DNA of 63,189 nt, counting the filler, from Octopus bimaculoides (lineage: Eukaryota), in the NCBI RefSeq assembly GCF_001194135.2. It is 5 parts of 5 records of this genome, joined end to end, with 100 filler letters (N's around TTAATTAATTAA, not from the genome) between each part and the next. Parts side by side here need not be neighbours in the genome. Positions count along the whole stretch, not along the records: positions 38,544 to 53,437 come from NC_069004.1; 4 more parts are not named here. One strand, given 5' to 3'. The notes beneath the pieces were generated by a model. It saw nothing but the letters and a program-made list of their open reading frames with translations. It was not told where the DNA came from and did no database searches. Positions 38,544 through 51,672 of the stretch are shown here, piece after piece. Every line of letters begins with the position of its first letter. The first letter of the stretch is position 1. A program made the position numbers and the translations under genes.

Positions 38544-39579
38544 GCAGTAACTTCCCTGTGGCTTTTTCCCTGGCCACAATTTCGGGTGATATGTCCAGTC
38601 TGTTTGCACCGGTAGCAAACTGATCCGAACTCTGTGCAGTCCCTGGCATTATAACACCAGCCAGTAAACAGCCACTGTCGTTCTACAGCAGGTCTCTTTT
38701 CATCTTTCACCAGCCCTAATGGACTTCTGCAACTATCATCACCACTGCCTTCTACTTGGTGTTTTGCATCAACACCTGGGCTTGAATGATGAGCTCGCTA
38801 ATCACCATTTCGTTGCTGCCTGGCAACTGTTGTAGCCGCACCGACACATCATCAGGAAAGCCATTCACAAAGGCCAGTCATGCTACCTTCTCCAGTCCCT
38901 CTCCGGTGAGACCAGACAACCCAGCCAGCTTCTGTGCCTCCACAGCATATTCGTCAACCTGTTCCCCAGTCCATCTGACCATTCCTAGCTTAGCAAAAGT
39001 GGTGTACTCTCCCTCTGTGTAAGCCTCTCTCAAGCACTGCTTGACATTTGCCACGCTCAGTTGTTCTTCATTCATTTCGAGGTACAGTGCCAGCATGCTC
39101 CCCTCCAAACATAGCGCCATGAGGCTTGCTACATTTTCGATGCTTTGTAGCCTGGCCACAACTCTGACCTTTCAAATCCAAGCTGCTACATCTCTTTCAC
39201 CATAGAAAGGTCTGATGATATCACTACTAATCCTTATCTTCGCTGCCATCATATATTAGGGGACAACGACGTCTGTATACTATTGCCGAAATAGCTTGCT
39301 GTGCATGGAAAATGAAAAGAGGTTTACCTACCTTCCTCTTTCGATGCCTGTCTAGCAGTAATCTCTCCAGTGATCCTGCCCTACTCTTGTCACCCAGTAA
39401 AAGCAGCTGCTATCTGACCAACCTGAGTGCAAATTCCCTGACATCTGTTCATGATGCCTCCAGTGGGCAAAAAGAGTCTGACACTCGCCTCTCTCCCCCT
39501 ACTTCCTCTTCTGGCCAGTCCCTTGACCATTGACATCATGACCCTCTTCTTCCGGCTCATCCCCACAAAATCATCAACA
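38544..39579 (-). mobile_element. Gypsy-type LTR element fragment: 5' LTR plus degenerate gag with CCHC knuckle
   Basis: LTR-like start TGTTG at 39579; ATG at 39249; gag-like peptide ending CYRCKQTGHITRNC near 38575-38616; in-frame stops; truncated by the gap. Confidence 0.75.
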
Positions 39580-39775
39580 TATACATACATGAAAATATTT
39601 TGATTTAATAGACTAAAATATTATCAAGTGATTTGAAATGATTCAAAATCAAATATCACAGTTGAAAACAAATCAGTTAAAAAATAATAAACATACAAAA
39701 TAAGCAAATTGGTAACATTAAATTAGGTAACTGCGAGTTGACAAAATATTTTCTATATAAGAAAAACAAACATAC

Positions 39776-39847
39776 ATAATTCTTACTGAGCTCTAAATTG
39801 GTTTTCCTCAAATCTTGCATTCTTTCTTCATACTCATTGTCATTTTT
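39776..39847 (-). CDS. CCDC73: CCDC73-like second coding exon: KNDNEYEERMQDLRKTNLELSKNY
   Basis: Strong polypyrimidine ttttag acceptor, phase 0, TAT|gtatgt donor (72 bp). YEE...EL spacing resembles CCDC73 [24 protein letters not shown] as recalled. A competing donor A|gtaaga lies at 39786. Confidence 0.68.
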
Positions 39848-40905
39848 CTAAAAGAAAAAAGAAAATTTTTGTAATTAATTAAATAGATGAAAGAAATGCA
39901 TAAACATAAGAAGAAGATTAAATACACAAATTGGAAGCTTTTGGTGAGAGTTGAAATAGCTACACAGATCTAAGTGTATACATTAAAAAGTTTTAGAAAA
40001 ACATGAACATCATAATACCATTTGCCTTCACTTAAAAATTTTGATCCTCATACTTGCTCAAATAATTAAAATATGTTAATCCTTCACTGTGTAATTATTT
40101 CTTATACTAATTGCAGTTTCTCATGAGGATAGCACCTCTGAATAAGTTTTTAAAAACAATTTGTTCTCTAAAATGCTGAGCAAAAATTTTCTTGTAGGAT
40201 AGAAAAATGTATATTTCAACTATTTCAAAGAGGAAAACTAATTACTGATCACATCATGCCATCAGTGAAGGAAAGAGAAACACAGTTACTATATAATAAC
40301 TTCAAAGGACCAAATACTGGAAAACACAAAGCAACAAAGTTGAGATATTCAAAATAGCAATATTGTAATTGGATTTCCATCATCTTCATTCTTTTCCGTG
40401 TTGATTTACATTTTGAATTAGAAAGAACAAATAAAGTCAATGTAAATGGATAAAAAAGAACCTATAAAAAAATTCAAACAAGAATTTTATACAGCAAACA
40501 GAGAAATATGATGGGTCATGTAAAATATCTTTGCAAGAACTTATCCTAATCTACTTTGAAGTGACAAAAGATGCAGCTTTGGCATTAACAGTCATTTCCC
40601 CCCAAATGAAATCAGAGTAGTAAAACTATTTTCTCTGAAATTTATCAAATTGGATCTAAGAGCCTTGATGAAAGATCTTGTTGAAGCAATATTATTCTTC
40701 AAGACAACTTAATTTTTTTAGCCATCCACTTCCATTGTGTATTAGGTCGTTTAGATGTTTGTTGTGAAAAGATTCTGACCACCACCCCCAAGTGACTAAA
40801 GGTGGACTGACTCATTGTTACAAAATAAAGAACTGTGAGCAATTGGCAGTTCAGATTGGGTAAGCAGTTCACTGTGAAACATTTGATTGAGAGTGCTGAG
40901 TCTCG

Positions 40906-43900
40906 TGTAATAGTAATCATATTGCATTGTGTAAATATTTCTTACTCCCTGCGTTGTTAAATTATGTATCCAACACCAGGATATAAAAGTGGTGATGAGT
41001 TGTACGAAGCTTTGGATATTTAAATTTTTTTTAAATACAAAACTGAAGAAAAAATCATTTTAACATGGAAAATTTATTGTTCTCTGTGGTGCAGTTACAA
41101 TAGCAACTACAACAGCAACAACAACAAAACCAACAGTTACTGGAATTAATGTTGAAGAAGTCTAAAAATACTTCAGGTTCATACTTGCCAGACAGCATAG
41201 CAAACAGAATAAGGGATTACTTTCTTTACATATTTTCAAAGATACGAAGAAATCTTCAAAACAGAATGTAAAAGTTGGTTCGAAAGAAAAAAGTATAACT
41301 ATTTTTAAGAAAGTTATTCCCTACTGAACACAAAAAAATTATATTCTGCCAAAGAAGGCAGGTAAGATTTGTTTTGATGAAACAATTTTTTATCAAAAAT
41401 TTCCAGTGAGAGAAGTTCCCTGTTAAATACTCACTAGCAATGTTTAAATTTGGTCAAAAAAAGATGATGAAGATTTTGTCACCTATGCCGGAGTGGTTAA
41501 CAGAGAGTGTGAGAAATTCAAATTGAATGAGATGATTTTGGACATGTTCAAGGGCTTACTGCAAGTAAAGATGCAGATATACGTTCCTGGATATTAAGAA
41601 AATTAAAACAGGACCAAAATGTAACTCTACAGACAGTTGCAGAAGAGTGTCAGAGGATTATAAATCTATGACATGACACAGATAAAATTGAAGAGAAAGA
41701 TTGCTCTCATATTCATGCACGTCAACCAGTATCAGATAAGAAAAAATGTCATGACCAAGTCAATGTTATGGGTGCAGTGGTCTACATTCTAAAAGTAACT
41801 GTCCATTTAAAAATATAAAATGCCTCAAGTGTGGTAAGACAGGTCATAAAAAATCACACTGTAAAACAAAACCTAAAAAACAGTTCAAGAGACAAAATCA
41901 CATAAACAGGTTATCAATGACAAAAAATACAAATAACCCTCAGAGGAAATTTGTGTACATAAAAATTAATAACACAAATGTAAAGTTACAATTCAATATG
42001 GGCAGCGATATCTCAATAATTATACAGATATATGGAAAAAAATCAGGGACCTAGATTAAAAAAACTTTAAAAATTACCTGTAGTGTTTCAGGAAAGAATT
42101 TATATTTTAAGGGCTAATTGATAAATGACATTACATTTTGTGAAAAGACCTTAAAAGCCAAAGTTTTCATGTTGAATAATACAACAAATTTATTCAGAAC
42201 TGACTAGATGGAATTATTTAACTTATTGGACCTCCCCATAAATCTTTTCTGTAAAAATGTGAATGGTTTTCTGCCAGTACAAATAAGTCATCAAACCAAT
42301 TGAAAAATATTTTTTAGAATTTTTCTGATAAATTAGGTCTGTGCACCAAAATGAAGGTGAAGTTTCAAATAAAAGAAAATGCCATACCAATATTTAAACA
42401 AAAACAAACTGTACTGTTCGCAGCATTAGAACAGAATAACTTACAGAGACTAGAAAAAATGAAATTATCCAAAAAGTGGGATATAGTCAATGAGCATCAC
42501 CAACTGTGTGCATTAAGAAAACGAATAATAAAATCAAAGCACATACTGATTTTTCCGTTGGTTTAAACAAATGTATTAAAACTGCCACTATCCGCTACCT
42601 ACTCCAGAGGATATTTTTGCAAAATTAAACGGTGGCAAGATATTTTCTAAGTTAGATCTCTCTGACGCATACCTACAAATTAGAGTAGACAATGAATGCT
42701 CTAAATACTTAACAATTAACACACATAAAGGACTGTATAAATATAACAGGTTACCATTTAGCTTAAAAGTTGCATCAGCGATTTCTCAACAGATTATGGA
42801 TGCAATGTTAGCAGACTGTGAATTCGCAATTCCATATCTGGATGACATACTCATTAAAAGCAAATCCTGGCACCAACACACAGAGCACATAAAGTATGTA
42901 TTCAAAAAAATTAGGGATAACAGCTTTACTTTGAATGAAGAAAAGTATGAATTTTGCTTACCAAAAATAAGATAATCATTGACAGAAATGGATGTCGATC
43001 AGATCCATCAAGGGCAAACGCAATTAAAAATATCCCCCTCTAACAAATATTGCGACCTTACAAGCTTTTTGGGGACTGGCAAATTATTACAAAAATTGTA
43101 TTCCAAATATGCATTCGGTGAGGGTTCCACTGAATAATCTACTAAAAAAAGATGTGAAGTGGAATTGTTTGGAAAATTGTCAAAAGGTGTTTGACAAAAT
43201 TTGAAAAATATTAACATCTGATTTGTCATTAGCACACTATGATCTTGCAGCGAAGATTGTTGTAGCTTCAGATGCCTCTGAGTATGGTATAGGAGCAGTA
43301 ATGCTACATAAATATAAAGATAGTAACCTGAAGGTGGTGGTTCATGCCTCACATTCTCTGATATCAGCAGAGAAAAACTACAGCCAAATTGAAAAAGAGG
43401 CTCTAGTGATTATTTTTACCATAAAAAAGTCACAGATTTTTACACGGCAGAAGCCTTCAACTACAGACTGATCATTGTCCGTCACTATTGATATATGGGT
43501 TGAAGAATAGGTTACAAAGCTGGAGTACAATATTATTATACTATAATTTTAAGATGAAATATATACCATCCAAGAAATTAGGTAATTAGTGTAATGTTAT
43601 ATGTGAACTGACAGTTACTTTACAAGACATAAAATTAAAATCAGAAAACGATAAATTAATTTAAAGAATGAAAGAAATACTGAAAACTAAAAGGGATAAA
43701 AATATGTGCAACACAAATGCAAACCATTTCTCAATGTGTTGATGTACACACAAAGAGGCGTAGTGCCAGTCACACTACAAAAGCAATTGTTAAAGGAATT
43801 TCACATTGGTCACCCAGGGATTTTGAGAATGAAATCATTAATGAGAAGTTATGTAAATCTAACAATGGTCTGTGACATTGAAGAATCAGTGAAAGCATGC

Positions 43901-44995
43901 ACTAAATGGCAACCGTGACCAAAAACAGATATTCCATGGGCCAGACTGAATGTTAATTATGCAGGTCCACTTAAGGGTGTATATTACCTTGTTGCAATGG
44001 ACAGTTTTTCAAAGTGGCCAGAAGTGCATCAATGTTAAAAGCCAATATCTGCAGTTACAGTAAGCTTTTTACATGAATTGTTCACCAGATATGGCATTCC
44101 TGATACCATTGTGTCTGATAATGGAACTCAATTTACATCAGATGAGTTCAGAAAACTTTGTAAAATGTTCGTCATTGAACCACTCTGCTGTATCATCCTA
44201 GGTCAAATGGACAAGCAGAGCATTTTGTTGACACTTTCAAGAGGGCGAACAATGAAGTAATGGAAGGTCTTGCACTTCAACAATTTTTAAGAGTGTATCG
44301 AGTTACACCTAATCTGAATACCCTGTCTGGAATGTCACCTGCAGAATTGATGTTTGCTAGAAAGATCAGACCCAGAAAGATCAGACCCAGAAAGATCAGA
44401 AGGCAGCAAGCTGGCAGAAACAGCGCACCAGGTGAAATGCTTAGCAGTATTTCATCTGCCATTACGTTCTGAGTTCAAATTCCGCCGAGGTTGACTTTGC
44501 CTTTCATCCTCTCGGGGTCGATAAATTAAGCACCAGTTATGCACTGAGGTTGATGTAATCAACTTAATTCCTTTGCCTGTCCTTGTTTGTCCCCTCTATG
44601 TTTAGCCCCTTGTGGGCAATAATGAAATAAGAAAGATCAGACCCATCTTTGATAAACTAATACCGACTGAAAATAGAAAAAAGATGAACAACAAAAATAC
44701 TTCAAAATTCTTCAAGTTAGGTGACAAAGTTTTTTTTAAACCTATAGATATGGTAAAGAAAGTTGGGGGGGGGGGGCAGGGTAATTATTAAACAAGTTGG
44801 AAGAATGTTATTCATGGTTAAAGGAAAAAGTGTCAAACATAAAAGACATATCAACCAACTTAAAAAAAGATTCACAGAAAAAATAGTCATGAGAAATGAA
44901 ATGCCCATGGAAGTATTGTATGACACGTTAATTTGAAACTACATGTTCTAGCACCAGAAAATGGAAAAGAATGGAAACACTGGAATTGAACCCTA
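40906..44995 (+). mobile_element. Degenerate Ty3/Gypsy LTR retrotransposon (gag-PR-RT-RH-IN)
   Basis: Short LTR-like segment from TGT at 40906 and PBS-like TGGTGATGAG at 40990; CCHC knuckle CLKCGKTGHKKSHC near 41820; RT FSKLDLSDAYLQI...YLDDILI; RNase H ASDASEYGIGAV...NYSQIEKEAL; integrase HIGHPG and GIPDTIVSDNGTQFTS. Many stops and frameshifts; no 3' LTR seen. Confidence 0.93.
44401..44629 (+). mobile_element. tRNA-derived SINE family C inserted in the Gypsy integrase with a 12-bp TSD
   Basis: TSD AGAAAGATCAGA at 44389-44400 and 44630-44641; GAGTTCAAATTCCGCCGAGGT B-box region; relatives at about 14560-14700, 16509-16665, 36425-36630, 52695-52915, 55885-56320 and 57160-57385. Confidence 0.85.
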
Positions 44996-45637
44996 AGCAT
45001 ACTGCCTGACTGGCATGCAAAAAGCACCATTCAAGCGTGACTAATGCTGGTGCTGGTGGCACGTAAAGAGCATCATTTGAGTGTGACCAATGGCATATAA
45101 AAAGCACCCACTACACTCTTGGAGTGGTTAACATTAGGAAGGGCATCCAGCTGTTGAAACCTTGCCAAATCAGATTGGAGCCTGGTGCAGCCTCCCATTC
45201 TGCCAGCTCTCAGTCAAACCATCCAATCCATGCCAGCATGGAAAGATGTTAAATGATGATGATAATGATGATGATACTTGGCAACAAGTACTTCTACAAC
45301 CTTGCATCACATTTTACACCTTTGGTGATGTTAGTGATGGTGTGATATGTAGAAACAATTGGAGTGATATGGAATAAAGAATGTCATTCAATCCATTTTC
45401 TTTTATTCTACTCTTTATGTGTGTGTGTGTGCATTTGTGACCCCATTGCTTGATAACTTGGGTCAGTTTGGTCAATTAAACTCAAAGTGGTGCACCAGCA
45501 TGGCCACAGTCCAATGACTAAAACAAGTAAAAAATAATGGCACAGCTACAACCATTTAAATTTTAAAAATTAGCCTAATGATCCACTTGGTAACGATGAA
45601 ACACTGTTCTGGGTAATTATAATCAAAGTATATTTTA

Positions 45638-45675
45638 TACTAGTGAGACCCGTGGAAATTTCATGGTGTAAGGCA
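45638..45675 (-). mobile_element. Probable Helitron 3' terminus
   Basis: Minus strand reads hairpin CCATG-AATTTC-CACGG, a short spacer, then CTAG followed by T. A similar CTAG end occurs at about 53415, next to a gap. Confidence 0.5.
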
Positions 45676-47343
45676 AAATACTTGAAAACATTATGTTAGT
45701 ATATTAAGCACAAGCAAGGAATTTCAAAAAGTATTTTTGAAATTCTGTCATTTAATCAAAACTGTACTTTTAAATATAACTGAAACGAATTGAAATGGTT
45801 CTTAGAATTTATGAAGTAAAATTCATTAACAATATTTAAATAGTTGGAAGAAAAAGGAGAGTATATTTTAGATTAAAAAAAAACCTTGTTCATCTTAATT
45901 TTGAAAAACAAAAGAAGTATAAAAAGACGCATTGTTTTTAGGATGACCCAATATATAGCTCATGCTGAGTGTGTGTATTTGTCAGTGTGTGTGTAAGGAA
46001 TTTCATTAGGGTGGTATTGTGATTTAAAAAGGTATGAAAATCTTAATTTATTCTAATAGCATACTTTTCAGTTAATGAATATTTTTTTTCTCATTGTAAT
46101 GATTGTAATGATGATCACTAATTTTTTCTCCCTTTTATACCTTCAAGGCTTCTCCTAACATTTTTTATGTGCATAGTGCAAAAAAAAAAAAAAGATTGGC
46201 CAAAATCGGAATGGCCAAAATCGGAATTTTTGAAAATTTATGAGTTTTTCGAGGGAGGGGGCGAAAAAACTCATAAATTTTCAAAAAATTTTTTGCTACT
46301 GTTTTTTTTTTTAATGGTTGTTTTTAAGTGCATAGTGCAAAAAAAAATTAGATGAAATCAGTCCAGAAGATAAATTTAAAAAAATGTTTTCATAAAAAGC
46401 TTTCCCCCATCATTTACAAGGGTGTGGTGAAAAGACAAATTTGAAAAATCCTTGTTAAAACAGAGAAAATCCAGCTTATGCGGGTGTGTTATTCCAAAAG
46501 TTTGCAAAGGTAATCTGTAGTGAAAATTAACAGGCAACAACTTTGCTAGTATATGTATATATGTATCATTGTCTGTCTTCCATGCTGGATGGTTTGACAG
46601 GAGCCAGCTAGGTAGAAGACTACACCAGGCTACTGTCTTTTTTGGCATGGTTTTTACAGCTGGATGCCCTTCCTAACACCAACATATATATAAGGCTCAG
46701 TCTAAGTTATTTACCAAATGAGAATATTTTAATTTCTTTTCATTTCATTTCAGTTCAGCTACCTATCTATTTGTATATCTATTAATATATCTCTCTACTT
46801 GCATATCTGTTGACTTAGCTATGTATCTCTCTCTCTATCTATCTATCTATCTATCTATCTACCTATCTATCTGTCTGTTTAATTAACTATCACATCTCCT
46901 TTCCTTTCTGCCAATGTACATAAGCATTTAAACCTAATAACAAAAAAGAAAAATGAGCCTTTGTTCTGGAATACTAAAAGATAAAAGTATAAAATCCACA
47001 GCTATTTGCTAAGGTTATTTCACTTTAACTACCTATCAATATATCTTTTAATTGATAGATCTTCATGACATTGTTTCATTATGTTAAACATTTCAACTGT
47101 GCCAATGATTTGAACACACAAATGCAGAATAATATAGATCACCCTCTCTCTCTCCTTCCATGTTTTCTCTTTTAATTTTTTTTCCTTGATTCCACAATTC
47201 CCATTCCTCTCTGTCCCCCTTTCTCCTCCCTCTCTCTCTCTACATTTATCCATTTGAGTTATTACATCCGTTGGAGTAAGTGTAATACACAGATAAATTT
47301 GACAGGAACAAGAATAATATAACATTTTATGAATAAACTTTGG

Positions 47344-47502
47344 TATTTTACAGACAAGAAAGTAAATTTCAAATGCAGTAAAACTGAAAGCAGCAGAAAG
47401 ATTGGATATTTACCCTTATAAGATAGAAAAAAACCGCCTGCTGGCAATTGCTGTTTTCACAGTTTTACTGCGTTTGAATTTTACTTTCTTGTTTGTAAAA
47501 TA
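47344..47502. mobile_element. Palindromic MITE-like hairpin
   Basis: 43-bp arms at 47344-47386 and 47460-47502 with 3 mismatches. Confidence 0.65.
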
Positions 47503-47517
47503 AGAATAATATAATTA

Positions 47518-49790
47518 CATGGTCAACAAGTATTTTTCATCAAGCATATGTCAAGGTGTACTTAGTGTAGTTTTAATGCTGGTTCCAAATATGCAGTTAG
47601 TTTTTTGACATCATGTACAGTTTTCAAGATTAGAAAGTTTTTTGGTTCTAGCTCATGCATTATATAGAAATTCCAATTAATTATGTGTATGCATGTATTT
47701 CATTTACATCAGGGAAACATACCTTTAAAATAAACTATGTTATTCATTGCTGCATAGTTCAGATGCAATATTTCATCATCTTAAATTAACCAATCAAGTT
47801 TTATCTCATGAAATAAGTATTTCAACATCTCAAATTGTTCAGTCATAATTGGTCTGATGAAATATTTCATCAACTCAAATTCAATATAAGTAAACCTGTT
47901 TGTATCTATTTCTTTACTTGTTTTACAATGCTAACAATGTCAAAACAGTGTAGAAATCATCCTGATGTTTTTTATTGTGAAAGCTCAAAAACATACAATA
48001 ACACCAGAAATCAAGAAGATTTATAAGCTATACTTTGTCCTCTTGGAAATCAAGACAAGTTATGAGCATCACATTTTATCTGCTCAGCTTGCTCAAATGG
48101 CTTATGTAACTGGTTCAATAATAAGAAGTCCATGCCTTTTGCCATTCCAATGATATGGAGGGAGCCGAAATATCATTTTAATTACTGTTATTTTTGCAAA
48201 ATCAATGTCACAGGATTTTCTATGAAGAATAAACACAAAATTGTGTATCCCAATTTATATTCTGCAATGAGACCTGTGCCTCATAATGGCAGTCTGCCAA
48301 TTCCAGTTCCGCCAGATGGTGGTATTGAAACATCGGATGATGATGCTGACTGTCACGATAGTGCTGCTGAGGAAGATTATGTGGCTGATGACGATAGCTT
48401 TGAACCTCAGAAATTTTCCCAAGTTGAACTGAATGACCTTGTCAGAGACCTATCCCTCACAAAAGATAAAGCAGAACTGTTGGCATCAAGACTGAAGGAG
48501 AAGTATCTGCTAGAGCACAGTGTTCGTATAACTTATTTTCGGCAGAGAAATGTGGTTCTACAAATGTGTTTTTCTGTTGAAGGCCCGCTTTGCTTTTGCA
48601 GTAACATCGATGGACTTTTCGAGTGTTTATCACAAAATCATGATCCTGCAGAGTGGCGTTTGTTTATTGACTCTTCAAAACGAAGTTTAAAAGCTCTACT
48701 TCTCCATAATGGTAATTTGAAGCCCTCCATTCCTATTACACACTTCATAAATCATATGAGAATATAGAACTTTTACTTCATGCCATTGCCTATGAAAGAT
48801 ACTCATGAAAAATATGCAGAGATTCAAAAGTCATTGGTATGTTAATAGGAATGCAATCAGGTTTCAGAAAATATTGTTGTTTTTTGTGTCTATGGGAGAG
48901 TCGGGCAACTGACAGATATTATTCAGAATCAAGCTGGTAGATAAGAACATCATACCAGTCAGGACTGTCTAGCGTCAAGAATACACCTCTTGTAATGTCT
49001 TATTGCCTCCTTTGCACATAACGCTAGGACTGGTGAAACAGTTTGTAAAGACACTAGGGAAGAGAATTGTCAGAAGGTTTGCATATATTGTAGAAAAGTT
49101 TCCCCAAATCACACAGGCAAAGTTGAAAGAGGTATCTTTGTCAAACCCCAAATTAGAGAAGTACTCAAAGAATGTCAACTTCAAGAGAATACTGAATGAA
49201 CTGGAACTGCCTGCCTGAAATGCTTACAATTAGATCTGTGAGAATTTTGAGGGCAACAAGAAGGCAATGGATGGCATCAAGAATCTTCTGAAATGTTACT
49301 CATCAATGGGATGTCACATGTCACTGAATGTTCACTTCTTGGACTCCCATCTGTATTTCTTTGCAGATAACCTTGGAGCAGTGTCAGATGAACATGAAAG
49401 ATTTCACCAGGACATTAGTGCTATGGACAAACAATGCCAAGGCTTCTGGAATGACAGTCTGCTGGCTGACTACTGCTGGACACTTTACCATGATCAACCA
49501 GATCAAGAACACTGCAGGAAATCCAAATCACAATGTTTCTAACTCTGTTGTTCTTTGTCTGTTTTGTCTGACCCATTTTTGTGTATTCACTCTTTGTAGA
49601 ATGACAGTGATAATTTTTAACTCGATAAACTCATCTACTTTCTAAATATAATATGTCCTTATTTATTACATTAATGATTTCATATATACAAATATGTAAA
49701 TATTTGCATCTATCTACTGAAAAACTGATAAGTGCGGCATACAAATGGAGTGAAATTTTGAAATCAGCATGACACTAAAACAAGTAAAGA
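47518..49790 (+). mobile_element. Degenerate DNA transposon, probably CMC/Chapaev3-like
   Basis: Remnants PMIWREP...CYFC, ELNDLVRDL...ELLASRLK, WRLFIDSSKRSLKALLLHNGN, PPLHITLGLVKQFVK and HFLDSHL...SDEH-ERFHQDI...LADYCW; frameshifted. Superfamily assignment is from recalled motifs. Confidence 0.7.
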
Positions 49791-50004
49791 AATAAATACA
49801 AATGGTTATACTTATATTGGTTTGCATTATAATGAGTATAATGCATTTAATTTTGTTGAGTATCAGAGTCAGCACCTTAAGAATTCAAGGAGTCAGAGTC
49901 AGGGCCTAGGTCTACTGACTCAATAATCCTGCTTTAATACCCCAAAAATGGAAAGGATCCTCCTGATATCTGTATATCTAGAGAAAGCTCTTACATCTCT
50001 AAAC

Positions 50005-50512
50005 TATGAAGGTGCACTGAAAAGTTCATAAGCTGACTATGAAGGAGTGATACTAGAACTGAGAATTCTAGCAGAATTCAACTCTTCTTAATAATAATTT
50101 CATTGTTTTTTTTTACCAAGTAAACTGACACAAGGGGTCTTGTTTCATCAGGACAATGTTCCAGTACACAAGTCCTTGCTTTCAATGGCTGTTGTGTGTG
50201 ACTGTGGCTTTAAACTGGTTGATCACCATCCCTATTCTCCTAATTGTCATCTGACTGCCATCTGTTCCTCAACATGGAAAAAAACCACTTGGCTGGGAAC
50301 CAGTATTGCAGTGATAATATCGTCATGTCTGCTGTTGATGACATTTTTGACCAACAGGATGAAAGCTTCTTCACCAATGAGATCCAAGCACTGCAACAAT
50401 GATGAAACAAGTGTGTGGACTACAAGGAGGAATTATGTTAAAAAATAAACCTCATTTGGTCAGATTCCATGAGAGTATCTTGGTCAGCCTGTGGACTTTT
50501 CAACCAACCCTA
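50005..50512 (+). mobile_element. Internally deleted mariner element
   Basis: TA-flanked imperfect TIRs sharing TGAAAAGTYCAYARGCTGAC; internal FHQDNVPVHKS...HHPYSP remnant. Confidence 0.75.
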
Positions 50513-50772
50513 GGTTTTAAATTCAATATCAAAATTTTCTGAAATACTTGTCAATTATATGGTACTCTCATCACTTACAATAGTGAGTTGTACATACTCA
50601 GGTTATCTATTTGTAATTAGGTGAACTGAACTATTTAAGAGTTAAATATCTTAGCTTGAGATATAGCACATTAGTGATAGGCTACAACAGTCTGGTTAGC
50701 TGTAATTTTCAGAAAACTTGTAAAGAGTTTGAATGAATAAATGAATGTTTTTTTTCTCTTCTTTTTACTTAC

Positions 50773-50892
50773 TCTTCTGACTTTCAATTCTTCAACAATC
50801 TCCAGTAATGTGTGTTGCAAGTTCAGGTAATTACTAGTATTGAATATAGCTGTCTTCTCTTCTGGAGCATGAAGTGCCTGACATTCAGCCAT
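50773..50892 (-). CDS. CCDC73: CCDC73-like first coding exon: MAECQALHAPEEKTAIFNTSNYLNLQHTLLEIVEELKVRR
   Basis: LLEIVEELKVRR resembles the CCDC73 N-terminal LLEALEELRMRR as I recall it; ctttcag acceptor at 50907-50908, AGA|gtaagt donor phase 0. Orthology not searched. Confidence 0.72.
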
Positions 50893-51672
50893 TATTAATC
50901 TCTCAGCTGAAAGTTAAAGTTGATTCAATTGTATTGTTTATTAAAGAATATTTAGTATTTAAACATTAACATTTGCAATTAATCACATAATTGATTAGAC
51001 ATATTATATGTGCATATTATTTTCAAATATTTTTTTTTATTAACACAAAGTTTTAGATTGTAGAATCTATTGTTGTTTCTTGTTCATCTTCAGGTCAGTC
51101 CTGATCATGCAGACCTATGTGATCAAAAGCATTCCATCTGTGACCATCTCATGTTTTTCTTTTTGTATGTCAGGGACTAATTAACCAATATAATCTTTAT
51201 ATATATAACCTTTATTTAAGAGTTTGATTTGAGATGTTTGGCTGATATTTCTGGCAGATCAAACAACTACATAAAGTAGTGGTTCTCAATTTTTTAGATA
51301 TTTATGGTAAACTGGAAATAAAATTTTAAAAATCACCGCTATGCTTTGCATGGAAAGTGAAAAAAAATAAACTGTTTTAAAGTTAAAATTTAGAAAAAAT
51401 ATACAAAACTATTGTATACTTTTTTATTAATCCTGCTTGTACAAAAACAAAATTATGAATATCACAATTTTCAACATGCTCAAACATTAGTGTAAATTTT
51501 CTAAAGCCTTAAACTATATTTATTGCATTTAAATACCTCTTGTAGTACATCAGTGCAGGTAGATACTGTTTCAGAAATATCAGCATAGAGACTTTCTTCA
51601 CTTGTAGATCAGTTATCAGATTTTATTAAATAAACTCTTGATATTGTCATTGGCAAAGATAAAAGCTCTATG

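Noticed and set aside
37077-39847. Apparent CCDC73-FAM135 fusion gene on the minus strand
   Set aside because: The halves are separated by an arbitrary 100-bp scaffold join and the phases are incompatible (0 or 1 into a phase-2 exon).
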